A stretch of 48,607 nt of DNA from Candidatus Woesearchaeota archaeon (GCA_019323495.1 JAHWHE010000027.1:1-48607), one strand, 5' to 3'; shown: positions 18,012 to 27,850, counted from the first letter of the stretch. Program-made: numbers and translations. Notes: generated from the letters alone by a model not told the origin.

Positions 18012-18605
18012 ATGGTATTTAAATTCATACTCTTGGGTATTTTCGTTAAGATAGTAACAGGATTTGACGACACTATAACCCACATACCTATAATAACAAG
18101 CATCACTAAAACAAGGAAAGGCAAAATTGCTTTTACAGCAGGAATGTTTCTTGCTATAATTTTGGCGATAATAATCGCTATGTTTTTCTCTACTTTGCTG
18201 AAATCTGTACCTTTCTACAAGGAGATATTCGCAGGCCTCCTGTTTGGGCTGGCTATCGCAATATTTTTTGACATCCTTGTGCATAAGCCTAGAGCAAAGG
18301 CAGAACATGAGATTATGAAGTACAAGAAGAAGATCCCTACAGAAAGAATTGCCCGGCTATTGTTTGTGGGATTCATTGCATCTTTCGCAACAGTGCTTGA
18401 CGATATAATAACATACTCTCCATTATTTACTCACGGATTTTTATACGATATTTTCGCAATAATTGGAATTTTGGCCGCTGCATTGCTCGAGCTCCTGCTC
18501 GTCTTATATTTTTCAGAGAAATTAACTAAATTCAAGCACAAGGAAAAGATAGCAAGCGTAGGATTAGTTATTCTGGGAATTCTAATCTTGACAGGAATAA
18601 TATAG
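18012..18605 (+). CDS. Hypothetical membrane protein with an internal duplication
   Basis: About six hydrophobic segments. GFDDTITHIPI in the N-terminal half is echoed by VLDDIITYSPL in the C-terminal half. Family not recognised. Confidence 0.6.
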   Translation: MVFKFILLGIFVKIVTGFDDTITHIPIITSITKTRKGKIAFTAGMFLAIILAIIIAMFFSTLLKSVPFYKEIFAGLLFGLAIAIFFDILVHKPRAKAEHEIMKYKKKIPTERIARLLFVGFIASFATVLDDIITYSPLFTHGFLYDIFAIIGILAAALLELLLVLYFSEKLTKFKHKEKIASVGLVILGILILTGII

Positions 18606-18607
18606 AA

Positions 18608-19546
18608 TTATCTTCTTTTCTTTCTAGCAACAGTCTTTCTTTTCGCTGCTTTTCTTTTGCTCTTCCTAAGCTTCTTTGGCTTCGGAAGATCTTTCTTATA
18701 GACAATGGTTCTGTATGGATACGGTATTTCTATACCTTCTTTGTCAAACCTTTCCTTGATGCTCTTGTTAAGGTCTGTGCCCAGCCTGAAAGCTGCCATT
18801 GGATTCTTTGCCCATACCCATGCGCGTAGATTCACAGAGGATTCTCCTAATCCTATTACTCTGACAACAACAGAGGGAATATTGTTTTTCTTTTCCTGTG
18901 CAGACCTGACATCTATGTATTCAGGATGTTTCATCGCCTCTTCCTGCATAATTTTCATTGCCTTGTCTATGTCAGAATCATAACTTATGCCGAAATCTAT
19001 AAATCTACAAATTCTTTCATCTTCTATGTTATAATTTTCAATAGCTGTGTCGCTTATGATTGCGTTAGGAACAACAACTCTTTTATTTTCAAAATTTTTA
19101 ATGATGGTATGTCTTAAGGTTATGTCCTCTACTGTTCCAACCGTATCGCCGAACTTTATAATGTCTCCCACCCTGAATGGTTTAAAAATGGCAATAAAAG
19201 CTCCGCTTATCAAATTAGAGACTGTTTTCTGCGATGCGAAACCTATGATTATTGCAAGCACTCCTGCGCCGGCGAACAAGGAAACAGAGAGCGTCTTTAG
19301 TTTTGGTATCATTAATATTGCTATAGCAAACCCAATGATGTAGATTACAGCAGATAGAAAATGCTTCATTAATACAAATTGTGTTTTGTCTGCCTTGAGC
19401 AATAAAGTGGATTTTTCAATATACCTGTGCAAGATAAATCTAAAGATTCGTTCTAAAGCGAAAGTGATGATGAGAATAATTATAACTAAAGCATATTTGC
19501 CGTATTCGCTTTCCAATACTTTCAGTCCGAATTCAATAATTCCCAT
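18608..19546 (-). CDS. Mechanosensitive ion channel (MscS family) with a Lys/Arg-rich tail
   Basis: Three TM segments, then PFRVGDIIKFGDTVGTVEDITLRHTIIKNFENKRVVVPN, the MscS beta-domain signature. The C-terminus is KPKKLRKSKRKAAKRKTVARKKRR. Confidence 0.88.
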   Translation of the reverse strand: MGIIEFGLKVLESEYGKYALVIIILIITFALERIFRFILHRYIEKSTLLLKADKTQFVLMKHFLSAVIYIIGFAIAILMIPKLKTLSVSLFAGAGVLAIIIGFASQKTVSNLISGAFIAIFKPFRVGDIIKFGDTVGTVEDITLRHTIIKNFENKRVVVPNAIISDTAIENYNIEDERICRFIDFGISYDSDIDKAMKIMQEEAMKHPEYIDVRSAQEKKNNIPSVVVRVIGLGESSVNLRAWVWAKNPMAAFRLGTDLNKSIKERFDKEGIEIPYPYRTIVYKKDLPKPKKLRKSKRKAAKRKTVARKKRR

Positions 19547-19561
19547 ATTTTCTCTCTTTTT

Positions 19562-20620
19562 TTAAAACCACTTTTTCCTTTTGAAAAGGACGATCATTAA
19601 AACCCCTATAGCAATGATAATACCCCATATTAAGTAGTAACCATATCGCCATCCAAGCTCGGGCATGAAATCAAAATTCATTCCATATATTCCTGTGATG
19701 AATGTCAACGGAATAAAGATTGTTGCAATTATTGTCAGGACTTTCATTATCTCGTTCATCCTGTTGTTTATGCTCGAAAGATAGACATCAAACATTCCGC
19801 TGACCATGTCCCTGAATGTTTCTATCGTATCCATAATCTGTATTGTGTGATCGTACAAATCCCGAAGATAGAATGTTGTCTGTTTTTTGATGAACCTTGA
19901 TTCTCCTCGTTCAAGATTGCTTATGATCTCTCTAAGCGGCCAGGCAGCTTTTCGGAAATACAGCAAATCTCGTTTGAATCTTCTTATGTTATTCAATGTT
20001 TTTGTCGAAGGCTTCTCAACAAGCTCTTCTTCCAGTGTTTCTATTTTCTCGCCATAATACTCAAGCACAGAATAATAGCCGTCAACGATCGCATCCATCA
20101 GGCTGTACAAAAGATAGTCTTCTTCTTCTTTCCTTATCTTGCTTTCTTTGTTTCTTATCCTCTCCCTCACATTATTGAAGACATCTCCGTCTGCTTCCTG
20201 GAAAGATATGATGTAATTAGAGCCGACAATCAGGCTCACCTGTTCGATATTAAGTTTGTTATGCTCATCAAGAAATATCATCTTCAGGATGACAAACAGG
20301 TATTTCCCGAAGTCCTCTATCTTTGGCCGCTGGTTTGTGTTTACAATAGCATCCATCACAAGAGGGTGCAGATCAAAGTACTTTCCTATTTTTTCAACAA
20401 CCTTCACATCATGGATGCCGTTCACATTAATCCAGGTCTTTGTAGGTGATTTTTTGAACGGAAAGCATTCTTCAACCTTTGTGACTATTTTTTCCCTTAA
20501 TTTGTCTTTATTAAAATCAAGAATGTGTATCTTTACCTCTTTTGTCTTTTTCTTTCCTATATAAACTAAAACAGAAGCCTTTCCCCCTTTTTTTGATGTT
20601 GTATTGCTGGCACTTGCCAT
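19562..20620 (-). CDS. corA: Magnesium/cobalt transporter CorA
   Basis: YGMNF motif before the last TM segment and a typical CorA cytoplasmic domain. I prefer ATG 20620; the track start at 20632 is TTG. A TATATTAA box lies about 28 nt upstream. Confidence 0.9.
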   Translation of the reverse strand: MASASNTTSKKGGKASVLVYIGKKKTKEVKIHILDFNKDKLREKIVTKVEECFPFKKSPTKTWINVNGIHDVKVVEKIGKYFDLHPLVMDAIVNTNQRPKIEDFGKYLFVILKMIFLDEHNKLNIEQVSLIVGSNYIISFQEADGDVFNNVRERIRNKESKIRKEEEDYLLYSLMDAIVDGYYSVLEYYGEKIETLEEELVEKPSTKTLNNIRRFKRDLLYFRKAAWPLREIISNLERGESRFIKKQTTFYLRDLYDHTIQIMDTIETFRDMVSGMFDVYLSSINNRMNEIMKVLTIIATIFIPLTFITGIYGMNFDFMPELGWRYGYYLIWGIIIAIGVLMIVLFKRKKWF

Positions 20621-20703
20621 ATTTAAATACAAAATGTTCTCCCATTAATATACTTTTTCATATTTGTTCAATATGGATTAATTACTCTGAAGTAAAAATA
20701 AAG

Positions 20704-20713
20704 CTTTTTATGA
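20704..20713 (+). promoter_or_regulatory. Archaeal BRE/TATA-like box for the leaderless CaCA gene
   Basis: AAAGCTTTTTATGA is centred about 26 nt upstream of ATG 20735. Confidence 0.4.
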
Positions 20714-20734
20714 GTATGCATCATTTTCCCACGC

Positions 20735-21718
20735 ATGGCCTTGTTAATACCGTTTTTGATAGTCGCTTTGACAGCTGCAGTTGTTTTGGTCTCTGCAGAA
20801 TTCGCAGTAAAGTATTCTATCAGGATCGCAAGGCATTTCAGGCTTTCTGATGAATTGATAGGAATGACAGTGCTGGCAATAGGCACCAGCATCCCGGAGA
20901 TCATGACGCACATTGTGGGCAGCATTGAAATATTGAAAGATCCAAGCCTGATGAATCCTCTTTCAGGGCTTGTCATCGGCACCAATATTGGTTCTGATAT
21001 CTTCCAGCAGAATTTCCTGATTGGGTTGGTTGCATTGCTGGGCATTGTTGTCATAGCAAGAAAACACCTGTTCAAGGATGTGGGAGGATTGCTAGGCGCA
21101 GCATTAATTGTCTTGATATTCTCGTTGAACGGAATATTTTCCAGGATAGAAGGAGTTATTTTAGTAGCGGGTTATTTTGTTTATCTCTATGTGCTGAAGA
21201 AAAAAGGTATGCTGAAAGAAAAACCAATAGAACTTGCACAGAACAATAAAAATCACATTGCAAAATATGTGGTATTCTTAGCAATAAGTTTTGTAGCGAT
21301 GGCTATCGCAGCAGATTTTTTGATCACGAATTCGACAATTTTGATCAAGGCTCTTCCGATCAGTGCGTCTTTTTTCGGAATTATCCTGTTAGGCATTGCA
21401 TCAGCTTTCCCAGAACTTACTACTTCCATTCTTGCAATCAAGAAGAAAAGAGCCAGGATTTCTGCAGGAATCTTGATAGGCAGCAATATCACAAACCCTA
21501 TGCTGGCTCTTGGTCTTGGAGCGATTATTTCCACGTACACTGTTCCTAAAGTCATCTTTGCTTATGACCTGCCTTTCAAGATAGGTACTGCGTTGCTCAT
21601 CCTGCTTTTCTTGTGGAAAGGAAGACTAAAGAAGAAGTATGCTGTTGCTTTGATTGCCCTTTACATAATTTATTTGATATTTAGAGAATTATATTTCCCG
21701 GCAGATATATTCATGTAA
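20735..21718 (+). CDS. Sodium/calcium exchanger (CaCA family, YrbG-like)
   Basis: Two alpha-repeat signatures, GTSIPEIMTHIVGS and ASAFPELTTSILA, in a polytopic membrane protein. Confidence 0.88.
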   Translation: MALLIPFLIVALTAAVVLVSAEFAVKYSIRIARHFRLSDELIGMTVLAIGTSIPEIMTHIVGSIEILKDPSLMNPLSGLVIGTNIGSDIFQQNFLIGLVALLGIVVIARKHLFKDVGGLLGAALIVLIFSLNGIFSRIEGVILVAGYFVYLYVLKKKGMLKEKPIELAQNNKNHIAKYVVFLAISFVAMAIAADFLITNSTILIKALPISASFFGIILLGIASAFPELTTSILAIKKKRARISAGILIGSNITNPMLALGLGAIISTYTVPKVIFAYDLPFKIGTALLILLFLWKGRLKKKYAVALIALYIIYLIFRELYFPADIFM

Positions 21719-21731
21719 GAAAAAGAAAAAA

Positions 21732-21983
21732 TCAAGCCTTCTTAAGGATTTTTAGTATCTTGACTTTCAAATCCCTAGGCATTGTTTTTGTTGTCCTTAC
21801 TTGAAGCACATTATTTTCAGGAATTTCATAGACAACAATGTCTCCAGGAGCAAGATTCAAGCTGAACGCTGCTGTGAAAGCCAAAGGATTTCCGCCTTCA
21901 ACAGGCCTGGAAACAGTTCCCATGTTTGTTTTTCGTGCAACATCCCTTTTGACAGTCGAAATGATTCCTTTCAATTGAGCCAT
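21732..21983 (-). CDS. Small hypothetical protein (paralog of 17642..17908)
   Basis: MAQLKGIISTVKRDVARK..LAPGDIVVYE..TKTMPRD. Its leader aaatgaGGTGatgttttATG resembles the leader of the paralog. Confidence 0.65.
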   Translation of the reverse strand: MAQLKGIISTVKRDVARKTNMGTVSRPVEGGNPLAFTAAFSLNLAPGDIVVYEIPENNVLQVRTTKTMPRDLKVKILKILKKA

Positions 21984-22037
21984 AAAACATCACCTCATTT
22001 ATCTTACTAAATCAATCAGAGTTTATATGTTTTATGT

Positions 22038-23228
22038 TTATTTCTTCACAGTTAAAGCAACAATCATTACCAGAGCAAGAATACCTGCAGAACCGAACCA
22101 CAAGCCCCCATAGCCCCATAAGAAGATGAAACCAGAAGCTATCAAAGGCCCGATCACGTTTGCAACAGGATCAGACATGTTGTATATCCCGAAAAATCTT
22201 TCTGCATCTTTCTTTTTGGCTACCTTGAAGAAATATGTTTCCTGCAGCGGCTCTACAAAAGCAGCGCCTATGTTGACTGCAGCCATAAGGAATAAAACTA
22301 TAGCTACAATAGGAACGATATGGAACAAAATAAGCGTGACAGCAAGTATTAGATAACCGATGCTCAAGTAAATCCTCAAGCCTCGTTTGTCTGCCAACTT
22401 ACCAATGTATCTTTCCAATATTATAAGGGGGATTATCCCTGCTGCAAGTACAATTCCTACTGTCACATCGCCAAATCCTTTTTCCATGATGTACAAAGGA
22501 ACATAGATGCTGTGTATCGCCCACCAGAAATTCAGGCCCATTGCTATCACAAAAACCTTTCTTAGATCCTTGACCTTGAAATAATCCCTAAGATTTATCG
22601 CAATGATTTCTTTCAAGGTCTGTTTTTCTTTTACGTGATAAATTACATCGCCTTCTTTCCTGTGGTAGTATTGGAATATGAAGAAACTCACTAAGTACAA
22701 TATGCTGCTGAAGATGAATACAGAGTCTCGCGACACATACTGACCGAGTGCGCCTCCTATCAAGGGGCCGATCAACCATCCTACGTTTGCGTAAAGATAA
22801 TATCTTCCTTCAGCAGTGCCGATCTTTCCTTCTTTTGCATAATCCCGCACATACAAAGATAACGATATGCCTACAAGAAGCGTGAAAATAGAACGCAGCA
22901 CTTCTATATAATAAATCTGGAGCAGGCTGTTCGCAAAGATGAACAAAAATAGTAAACCGGTGCAGCAAAGGAACGATAGTTTCGCGAGATAAATTCTTGA
23001 GACTCTTCTCAGGACAATCGAGCTGAGCAATGAGCACACAAGAATGATGAGTGCGATTACAGTGAAGAACAAGCCGACAAGAACCTCTGATTGAACCGTG
23101 TCTTCTATGACTAATGGAAATATGGTCCAGAATGCTGCATTGCCGAATCCAGTTGTCAGCGCAAGCCAGGCGAATACTCTGCCTTTGTCGCGCAATGAAC
23201 CTGCTTTGAACCTCTTTTTGAAATACAT
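22038..23228 (-). CDS. MFS transporter
   Basis: About 12 hydrophobic segments, with short basic loops between TM2/3 and TM8/9 as is typical of MFS proteins. Confidence 0.75.
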   Translation of the reverse strand: MYFKKRFKAGSLRDKGRVFAWLALTTGFGNAAFWTIFPLVIEDTVQSEVLVGLFFTVIALIILVCSLLSSIVLRRVSRIYLAKLSFLCCTGLLFLFIFANSLLQIYYIEVLRSIFTLLVGISLSLYVRDYAKEGKIGTAEGRYYLYANVGWLIGPLIGGALGQYVSRDSVFIFSSILYLVSFFIFQYYHRKEGDVIYHVKEKQTLKEIIAINLRDYFKVKDLRKVFVIAMGLNFWWAIHSIYVPLYIMEKGFGDVTVGIVLAAGIIPLIILERYIGKLADKRGLRIYLSIGYLILAVTLILFHIVPIVAIVLFLMAAVNIGAAFVEPLQETYFFKVAKKKDAERFFGIYNMSDPVANVIGPLIASGFIFLWGYGGLWFGSAGILALVMIVALTVKK

Positions 23229-23245
23229 TGTTCCTCTTTTATATT

Positions 23246-23875
23246 TTACTGCAAAAAGCTCTTTACTAATAACTCGCCTAATGGACTTAATCTTACGTCA
23301 ATCCTGCCTCTTTTTTCTTTTGTGTCTACCAGTCCAAGGCCTTTAAGTCCTGTTGATTTGATGTTTCCATTAATGTGATATGATATCAAAGGCAGGCTCA
23401 TGCCCGTCTTGTTGCTCAATGCTTCAAGTGAATTGTGGTTTTCTGTCAATAATTTCAGAATCTCCATCTTCTTGTCAGCCAGAAGTTTGAAATAAGAAAA
23501 CTTAAGGACAGGCAAAATCCTTGCCTTGTCCCCAGTTATTGTTATTGCTTTGACACCGTGGACAAACGCTGCGCATGTCGCAGCGCAGCGGCCCTCGGTT
23601 GTTCCTGTTGACACGTTAATCGTAAGTTCATCTTCTGGAAATTCTTTTGTGATCTTTGAAATGAAATGAAAAGTTTCTGCCCAAATGTCAGAATTAGCAT
23701 CATGCAATTGAACATCTATCTTGAATCGCTCCAGTTCCTGCTTTGTTTTATTCGCCTTGCTATAGTATTCTTTAGGTGTAATAAGAACTACTTTGTCTGC
23801 GGGATGCTCTTTAAGACCTATGTACAAGGAATCGAGATCATCGCCAACAGGAGCAATAACAACCCTCTTTCCCAT
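23246..23875 (-). CDS. Transcriptional regulator, Csa3/HFX_2341-like Rossmann (CARF-like) domain plus winged HTH
   Basis: The N-terminus (VVIAPVGDDLDSL...VVLITP...INVSTGTTEG...AA) fits the Csa3-like N-terminal domain pattern. The C-terminus (MEILKLLTENHNSLEALSNKTGMSLPLISYHI) is an ArsR/MarR-like wHTH. Confidence 0.55.
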   Translation of the reverse strand: MGKRVVIAPVGDDLDSLYIGLKEHPADKVVLITPKEYYSKANKTKQELERFKIDVQLHDANSDIWAETFHFISKITKEFPEDELTINVSTGTTEGRCAATCAAFVHGVKAITITGDKARILPVLKFSYFKLLADKKMEILKLLTENHNSLEALSNKTGMSLPLISYHINGNIKSTGLKGLGLVDTKEKRGRIDVRLSPLGELLVKSFLQ

Positions 23876-23967
23876 CTTCTGCTGGAAAATGGGATGCTCA
23901 AATATATAAAAGTTTTTCTTTTAGTATTTAAACGCCCGCTTTAAATGCTCAATTCCTGTTCAAAACA

Positions 23968-23975
23968 TTTATATA
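23968..23975 (+). promoter_or_regulatory. Archaeal TATA box for the leaderless glutaredoxin-like gene
   Basis: TTTATATA is centred about 29 nt upstream of ATG 24001. It is only about 8 nt from the track start at 23980, so I prefer 24001. Confidence 0.5.
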
Positions 23976-24000
23976 TGTAATGCAGAATAATGGAAGTAAA

Positions 24001-24252
24001 ATGGCAAAAGAAAAAGCAAAGAAAAAAGTCATTGTCTACAGCACTCCGACTTGCCCGTTTTGTCATCACGCAAAGGATTTTCTGAAGCAGCATAAGATAG
24101 AATTCGAGGACATCGATGTTTCAGCAGATCAGGACAAGGCGCGGGAAATGGTAGAGAAGAGCGGTCAGATGGGTGTGCCTGTCATTGACATTGACGGCCA
24201 AATCATAATCGGCTTTGACAAGGAAAAGATAAAAAAAGCGCTTGGATTATAA
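24001..24252 (+). CDS. Glutaredoxin-like protein (NrdH/YruB type)
   Basis: VIVYSTPTCPFCHHAKDFL with a CPFC redox motif, GVPVIDIDGQIIIGF, and thioredoxin-fold length. Confidence 0.88.
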   Translation: MAKEKAKKKVIVYSTPTCPFCHHAKDFLKQHKIEFEDIDVSADQDKAREMVEKSGQMGVPVIDIDGQIIIGFDKEKIKKALGL

Positions 24253-24312
24253 AAAGGCTTATATACCTATTTTCTATTATTCTTTTTATTAATCAAAAAA
24301 GGAGGCGATATA

Positions 24313-24711
24313 ATGAACGATCTATACGATTATGCAATGGTTTTCCTGAGATTAGGTTTAGGTTTCGTATTCTTGTGGACAGGAATCAACAAAGTCTTTT
24401 TTGGCGCGCTGCCAGGATTTCTGCCAGAGTTCTTGTCGAATTTTCCATACCTTAAAGTGATGCTTCCTATGCCATTGGGAATTATAGAATTGGCAGTGGG
24501 ATTATTGCTGATACTGGGATTGTTCACAAGAATCGTAGGGATAATCAGCGCGATACTGATACTGGGATTCACAGTGACAGTTACTGCAGGAGTCGCGAAC
24601 GGCTTTTCGATCGTGGCAATGAACATCGGCTTGTTGGGCGGAGCGATTGCACTTGGAATCTGCGGAAGCAAGCTATTCAGCGTAGACGGGCTGTTATGGC
24701 ATCACGAATAG
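24313..24711 (+). CDS. DoxX family membrane protein
   Basis: RLGLGFVFLWTGINKVF signature and four hydrophobic segments. GGAGG SD lies 7 nt upstream of the ATG. Confidence 0.75.
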   Translation: MNDLYDYAMVFLRLGLGFVFLWTGINKVFFGALPGFLPEFLSNFPYLKVMLPMPLGIIELAVGLLLILGLFTRIVGIISAILILGFTVTVTAGVANGFSIVAMNIGLLGGAIALGICGSKLFSVDGLLWHHE

Positions 24712-24717
24712 TTTTTT

Positions 24718-25587
24718 TTATTTTTTTATTTCATATAAATCCAATTTCAGAACTCTGAACAATTCTTGATATAAAGCTGCTTCTAGAGAAATTCTTCTTA
24801 TATCCATAACTTCGTCGATAGGGGGGCTGTTGTACAGGTTTTCTCTTACATGAACAAACCTATGTTCTTCTGCTTTTGCTCCTGATTCCTTATCATATTG
24901 CTCTATAACGTCATGGATGCCCTGCCAGTGCATTGGCAGTCCCTGCTCCATGCGCCCCCATCTGAAATAAAATCCACAAGGAGCAATCATTGCACAATTT
25001 TTTGATAAAAAAGACAATATGTATTTTTCATTTCCTCTTGCATCTGCAAACAACCTTACCAATCCTATGTTCAGGCGTTCGAACAGTTCTCCGAATCCTA
25101 ACAATCCAAAATATTTTGTTGATAAATTTTTATCCAAAACAGTCTGGCCAAGAACAGCAATAGAAGAATTTTGTACCTTGGTTTTGTCGACAAATACTGC
25201 GCTATGTACTCCGCCCATGTCTTCTTTACGATAGCAAACAGCATACGGAATCTTATCGTCTATCGAGACCCACGGCTGGCATCTCTTTACAGTGACTCTC
25301 TTTTTGTCAGAATCTGTTACAGGAAAAACCAGACACGCTCTTCCTCGCGGCTCCCTGGTGACAGTGCCGCAAAATCTTTCGTCAACAAAACTTCCAAGAT
25401 CAGTCCCTCCTTTGGTTCCGTCCTTATGCGTTCTTGTTTTCCTTAACTTAAAGGGCATGCGGTCATGTAATTGAAACCACGGTTTGCAGCCTTTGACAGA
25501 AACAATCCTTCTTCCAGGTTCGCTCGGCAAGACTAAATAACTGCCGTCCTTCCTTGTGTTGGTAATCTTCCCGAATTCAACTTCCAT
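24718..25587 (-). CDS. Hypothetical protein with a tandem N-terminal domain duplication
   Basis: Residues from about 6 to 48 (GKITNTRKDGSYLVLP..RIVSVKGCKPWFQLHDRMPF) are echoed by GTVTREPRGRACLVFP..RVTVKRCQPWVSIDDKIPY. No family recognised. This is the last gene of the mtnA-like operon. Confidence 0.7.
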   Translation of the reverse strand: MEVEFGKITNTRKDGSYLVLPSEPGRRIVSVKGCKPWFQLHDRMPFKLRKTRTHKDGTKGGTDLGSFVDERFCGTVTREPRGRACLVFPVTDSDKKRVTVKRCQPWVSIDDKIPYAVCYRKEDMGGVHSAVFVDKTKVQNSSIAVLGQTVLDKNLSTKYFGLLGFGELFERLNIGLVRLFADARGNEKYILSFLSKNCAMIAPCGFYFRWGRMEQGLPMHWQGIHDVIEQYDKESGAKAEEHRFVHVRENLYNSPPIDEVMDIRRISLEAALYQELFRVLKLDLYEIKK

Positions 25588-25595
25588 TTTACTTG

Positions 25596-26723
25596 CTAAA
25601 CAAAATCCCTTCCCATTTCGTCCAGCATTCTGTCAATCGTTTCACTGCTTGCTTCATAGGGGATCGTATCTTCATTTTTTCGTGATGCGCTTACTGTCAA
25701 TGTCAATCTTCTTTTTGGCTCGCCATTAATGTGCCCGACGCATGTTCTCCATCCTTTATCTTCTGATGAGCTCTCCTCGCTCACAGCTTCGAAATAGAAC
25801 GGATTCTTGTCGAAGAAGTACGCTCTTCCTAATGGGTAAAATGTTGTTTGTGCATGTGTTATCACAGATAGGATTTCCATCAGCTCTGTTCTGCATCGTT
25901 GGAAAAATTCCTCTATGCCAGGATACTTGCCGCCAAACCCTTCTTTCAAATCATACGCTAATTTTTTTCTGGCATCTTCGTCTAAATTTTCGCTATATAA
26001 TGGCAAGAGTAGTTCTTGCAGTTCCCGAAGTTTTTCTTCTCCTGGTTTAGGCAGCATAGAATAAAATACAAACGGCAAGATGTGCGCCTTAACGATTTTT
26101 CCTGAAGGAACATCTGCTATAATCTCGCCATTTGCGCTTATAGATTTCCCTAGGCCTGGCACAGGTCTGATGAATCCTTCTTCATTAAATCTGAAAAAAT
26201 CCCCTGCTCTCAACATAAATTCGTCGAAATGCACTTGGCCTGTCTTGAACACAAGCCCTTTCTTTTTATTATCTGGATGATGTTCAGACACAGTCCATAC
26301 TTTTCTGGCTGCTAATTCTTCCAATGCAGGATGTCCTTTGAATTGCAGATAAACTTGACCGAAATTGTCATAGACAGCCCTGATTCTAATCTCGGGGACA
26401 GAAACAGGTCCGTCATTCGAACGCAATAAGAGGATGTGTCCATAGAAGTTATGCAAATTTACTCCTACACCGTCCAATCCAAGAAGCATTTTACCGAGAT
26501 CTGCATCTACAGCAGGTGTAAAAGTATCTTTTCCGCTATTAAAAAATCCTGCGCCTGGGATCTTTTTAAGATCTTCATGCAAAGGTCCAAGTACCACTCC
26601 TCCTGTGATGATATTTTTCGGTTCTGTTCTAGAAAATACATCTTCGAATATAGCATTCTTTGCTGCTTTTAAACTTTCAAAAAATTCTTGTTTAGTTGCG
26701 GTTTCAGTTATGGTTTCATTCAT
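25596..26723 (-). CDS. Hypothetical protein (375 aa, no recognisable family)
   Basis: Long ORF with ordinary soluble-protein composition. Its ATG overlaps the stop of the upstream isomerase gene (ATGA). Confidence 0.7.
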   Translation of the reverse strand: MNETITETATKQEFFESLKAAKNAIFEDVFSRTEPKNIITGGVVLGPLHEDLKKIPGAGFFNSGKDTFTPAVDADLGKMLLGLDGVGVNLHNFYGHILLLRSNDGPVSVPEIRIRAVYDNFGQVYLQFKGHPALEELAARKVWTVSEHHPDNKKKGLVFKTGQVHFDEFMLRAGDFFRFNEEGFIRPVPGLGKSISANGEIIADVPSGKIVKAHILPFVFYSMLPKPGEEKLRELQELLLPLYSENLDEDARKKLAYDLKEGFGGKYPGIEEFFQRCRTELMEILSVITHAQTTFYPLGRAYFFDKNPFYFEAVSEESSSEDKGWRTCVGHINGEPKRRLTLTVSASRKNEDTIPYEASSETIDRMLDEMGRDFV

Positions 26724-27850
26724 TTTTCAATCCTCCGTTCTGGAAATAATCTTAAGATTGCTTCTTCGTTGGCATCGCAGACTCCTCGTTCTGTGATTAG
26801 GCCTGTCACGAGTCGTGCAGGCGTTACGTCAAATGCATAGTTCGCGCACGGACTTTTCTCGTCGTACAAGCATACAGTATCAACGCTCCATTCGTCTTTT
26901 GTCATGCCTGTTACATATCTCACTTCCCCAGGATTTCTTTGTTCGATCGGGATGTCCATTCCATCTCTTAAATTCCAGTCAAAAGTTGTTGACGGAAGCG
27001 CAACAAAGAACGGCACGCCATTGTCTTTTGCAGCGACTGCTTTCAGATATGTTCCTATCTTGTTCGCGACATCTCCTGTCCTAGTTGTCCTATCTGTGCC
27101 GACAATAATCAGATCAACCATGCCGTGCTGCATCAGATGGCCTGCTTCATTGTCTGCAATAACAGTGTGAGGAATTCTATACTTTCTCATCTCCCACGCA
27201 GTCAATCCGCCTTGGTTACGAGGCCTTGTCTCGCTCACCCAGACGTGCACATCGATTCCTTCTGCATCTGCAGCATATATTGGTGCAGTTGCACTGCCAT
27301 AAGCACTGAACGCCAGCGCGCCTGCGTTGCAATGCGTCATTATGTTCAAAGGTTCTTTTCCTCCTTTATTAGCGAGGGCCATTTTGATGATTGTAAGGCC
27401 GTTCTCTCCGATACGTTTGCAGCAATCTGTGTCTGCTTCATGTATGTCTTTAGCAACCTGATGCAATGCTGCTACTTTATCTTCAACTCTTTCGCAACAT
27501 GAAATCGCAAGCAATTGCCTGTCAACTGCATACGCGAGATTCACAGCAGTAGGTCTTGTAGATCTTAGTTTCCCGCCCGCTTCATTAATGTATCGATTGA
27601 AAGCAAATGTGTCAGTTGCGGTCATGCGTTCTGCAGCTTCCCTGCCAGCTATATACATTCCATATCCTGCAGTTACTCCGATTAGTCCTGCGCCCCGCAC
27701 TTCCATGTCAGCGATTGCTCTGCAAGCATCATCCAAAGTTTTAAGTTCTTTAGTTACCTCGTGAAAAGGCAATCTTGTCTGATCAAGAATGAAAATTCTT
27801 CCACCTTTTTCTTCCCAAATCGTTCTAAAATGTTTGTTTTCTACTGGCAT
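26720..27850 (-). CDS. mtnA: Methylthioribose-1-phosphate isomerase-like protein (eIF-2B alpha/beta/delta, e2b2 family)
   Basis: ILDQTRLP, MEVRGAGLIG, TRPTAVNL, THCNAGA (catalytic Cys position), ETRPRNQG, and VGTDRTTRTGDVANKIGTY (catalytic Asp position). GGGGGGA SD lies before the ATG. Confidence 0.85.
   Translation of the reverse strand: MPVENKHFRTIWEEKGGRIFILDQTRLPFHEVTKELKTLDDACRAIADMEVRGAGLIGVTAGYGMYIAGREAAERMTATDTFAFNRYINEAGGKLRSTRPTAVNLAYAVDRQLLAISCCERVEDKVAALHQVAKDIHEADTDCCKRIGENGLTIIKMALANKGGKEPLNIMTHCNAGALAFSAYGSATAPIYAADAEGIDVHVWVSETRPRNQGGLTAWEMRKYRIPHTVIADNEAGHLMQHGMVDLIIVGTDRTTRTGDVANKIGTYLKAVAAKDNGVPFFVALPSTTFDWNLRDGMDIPIEQRNPGEVRYVTGMTKDEWSVDTVCLYDEKSPCANYAFDVTPARLVTGLITERGVCDANEEAILRLFPERRIEK

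Noticed and set aside
23980-24000. Longer N-terminal extensions proposed by the ORF track. The track starts are 23980, 37426, 17917, 45401, 31381, 34350, 2529, 20632 and 47763.
   Set aside because: Most of these starts are TTG or GTG codons, or they sit inside TATA boxes or SD sequences. Downstream ATGs have proper SD or TATA spacing. Start positions remain predictions.
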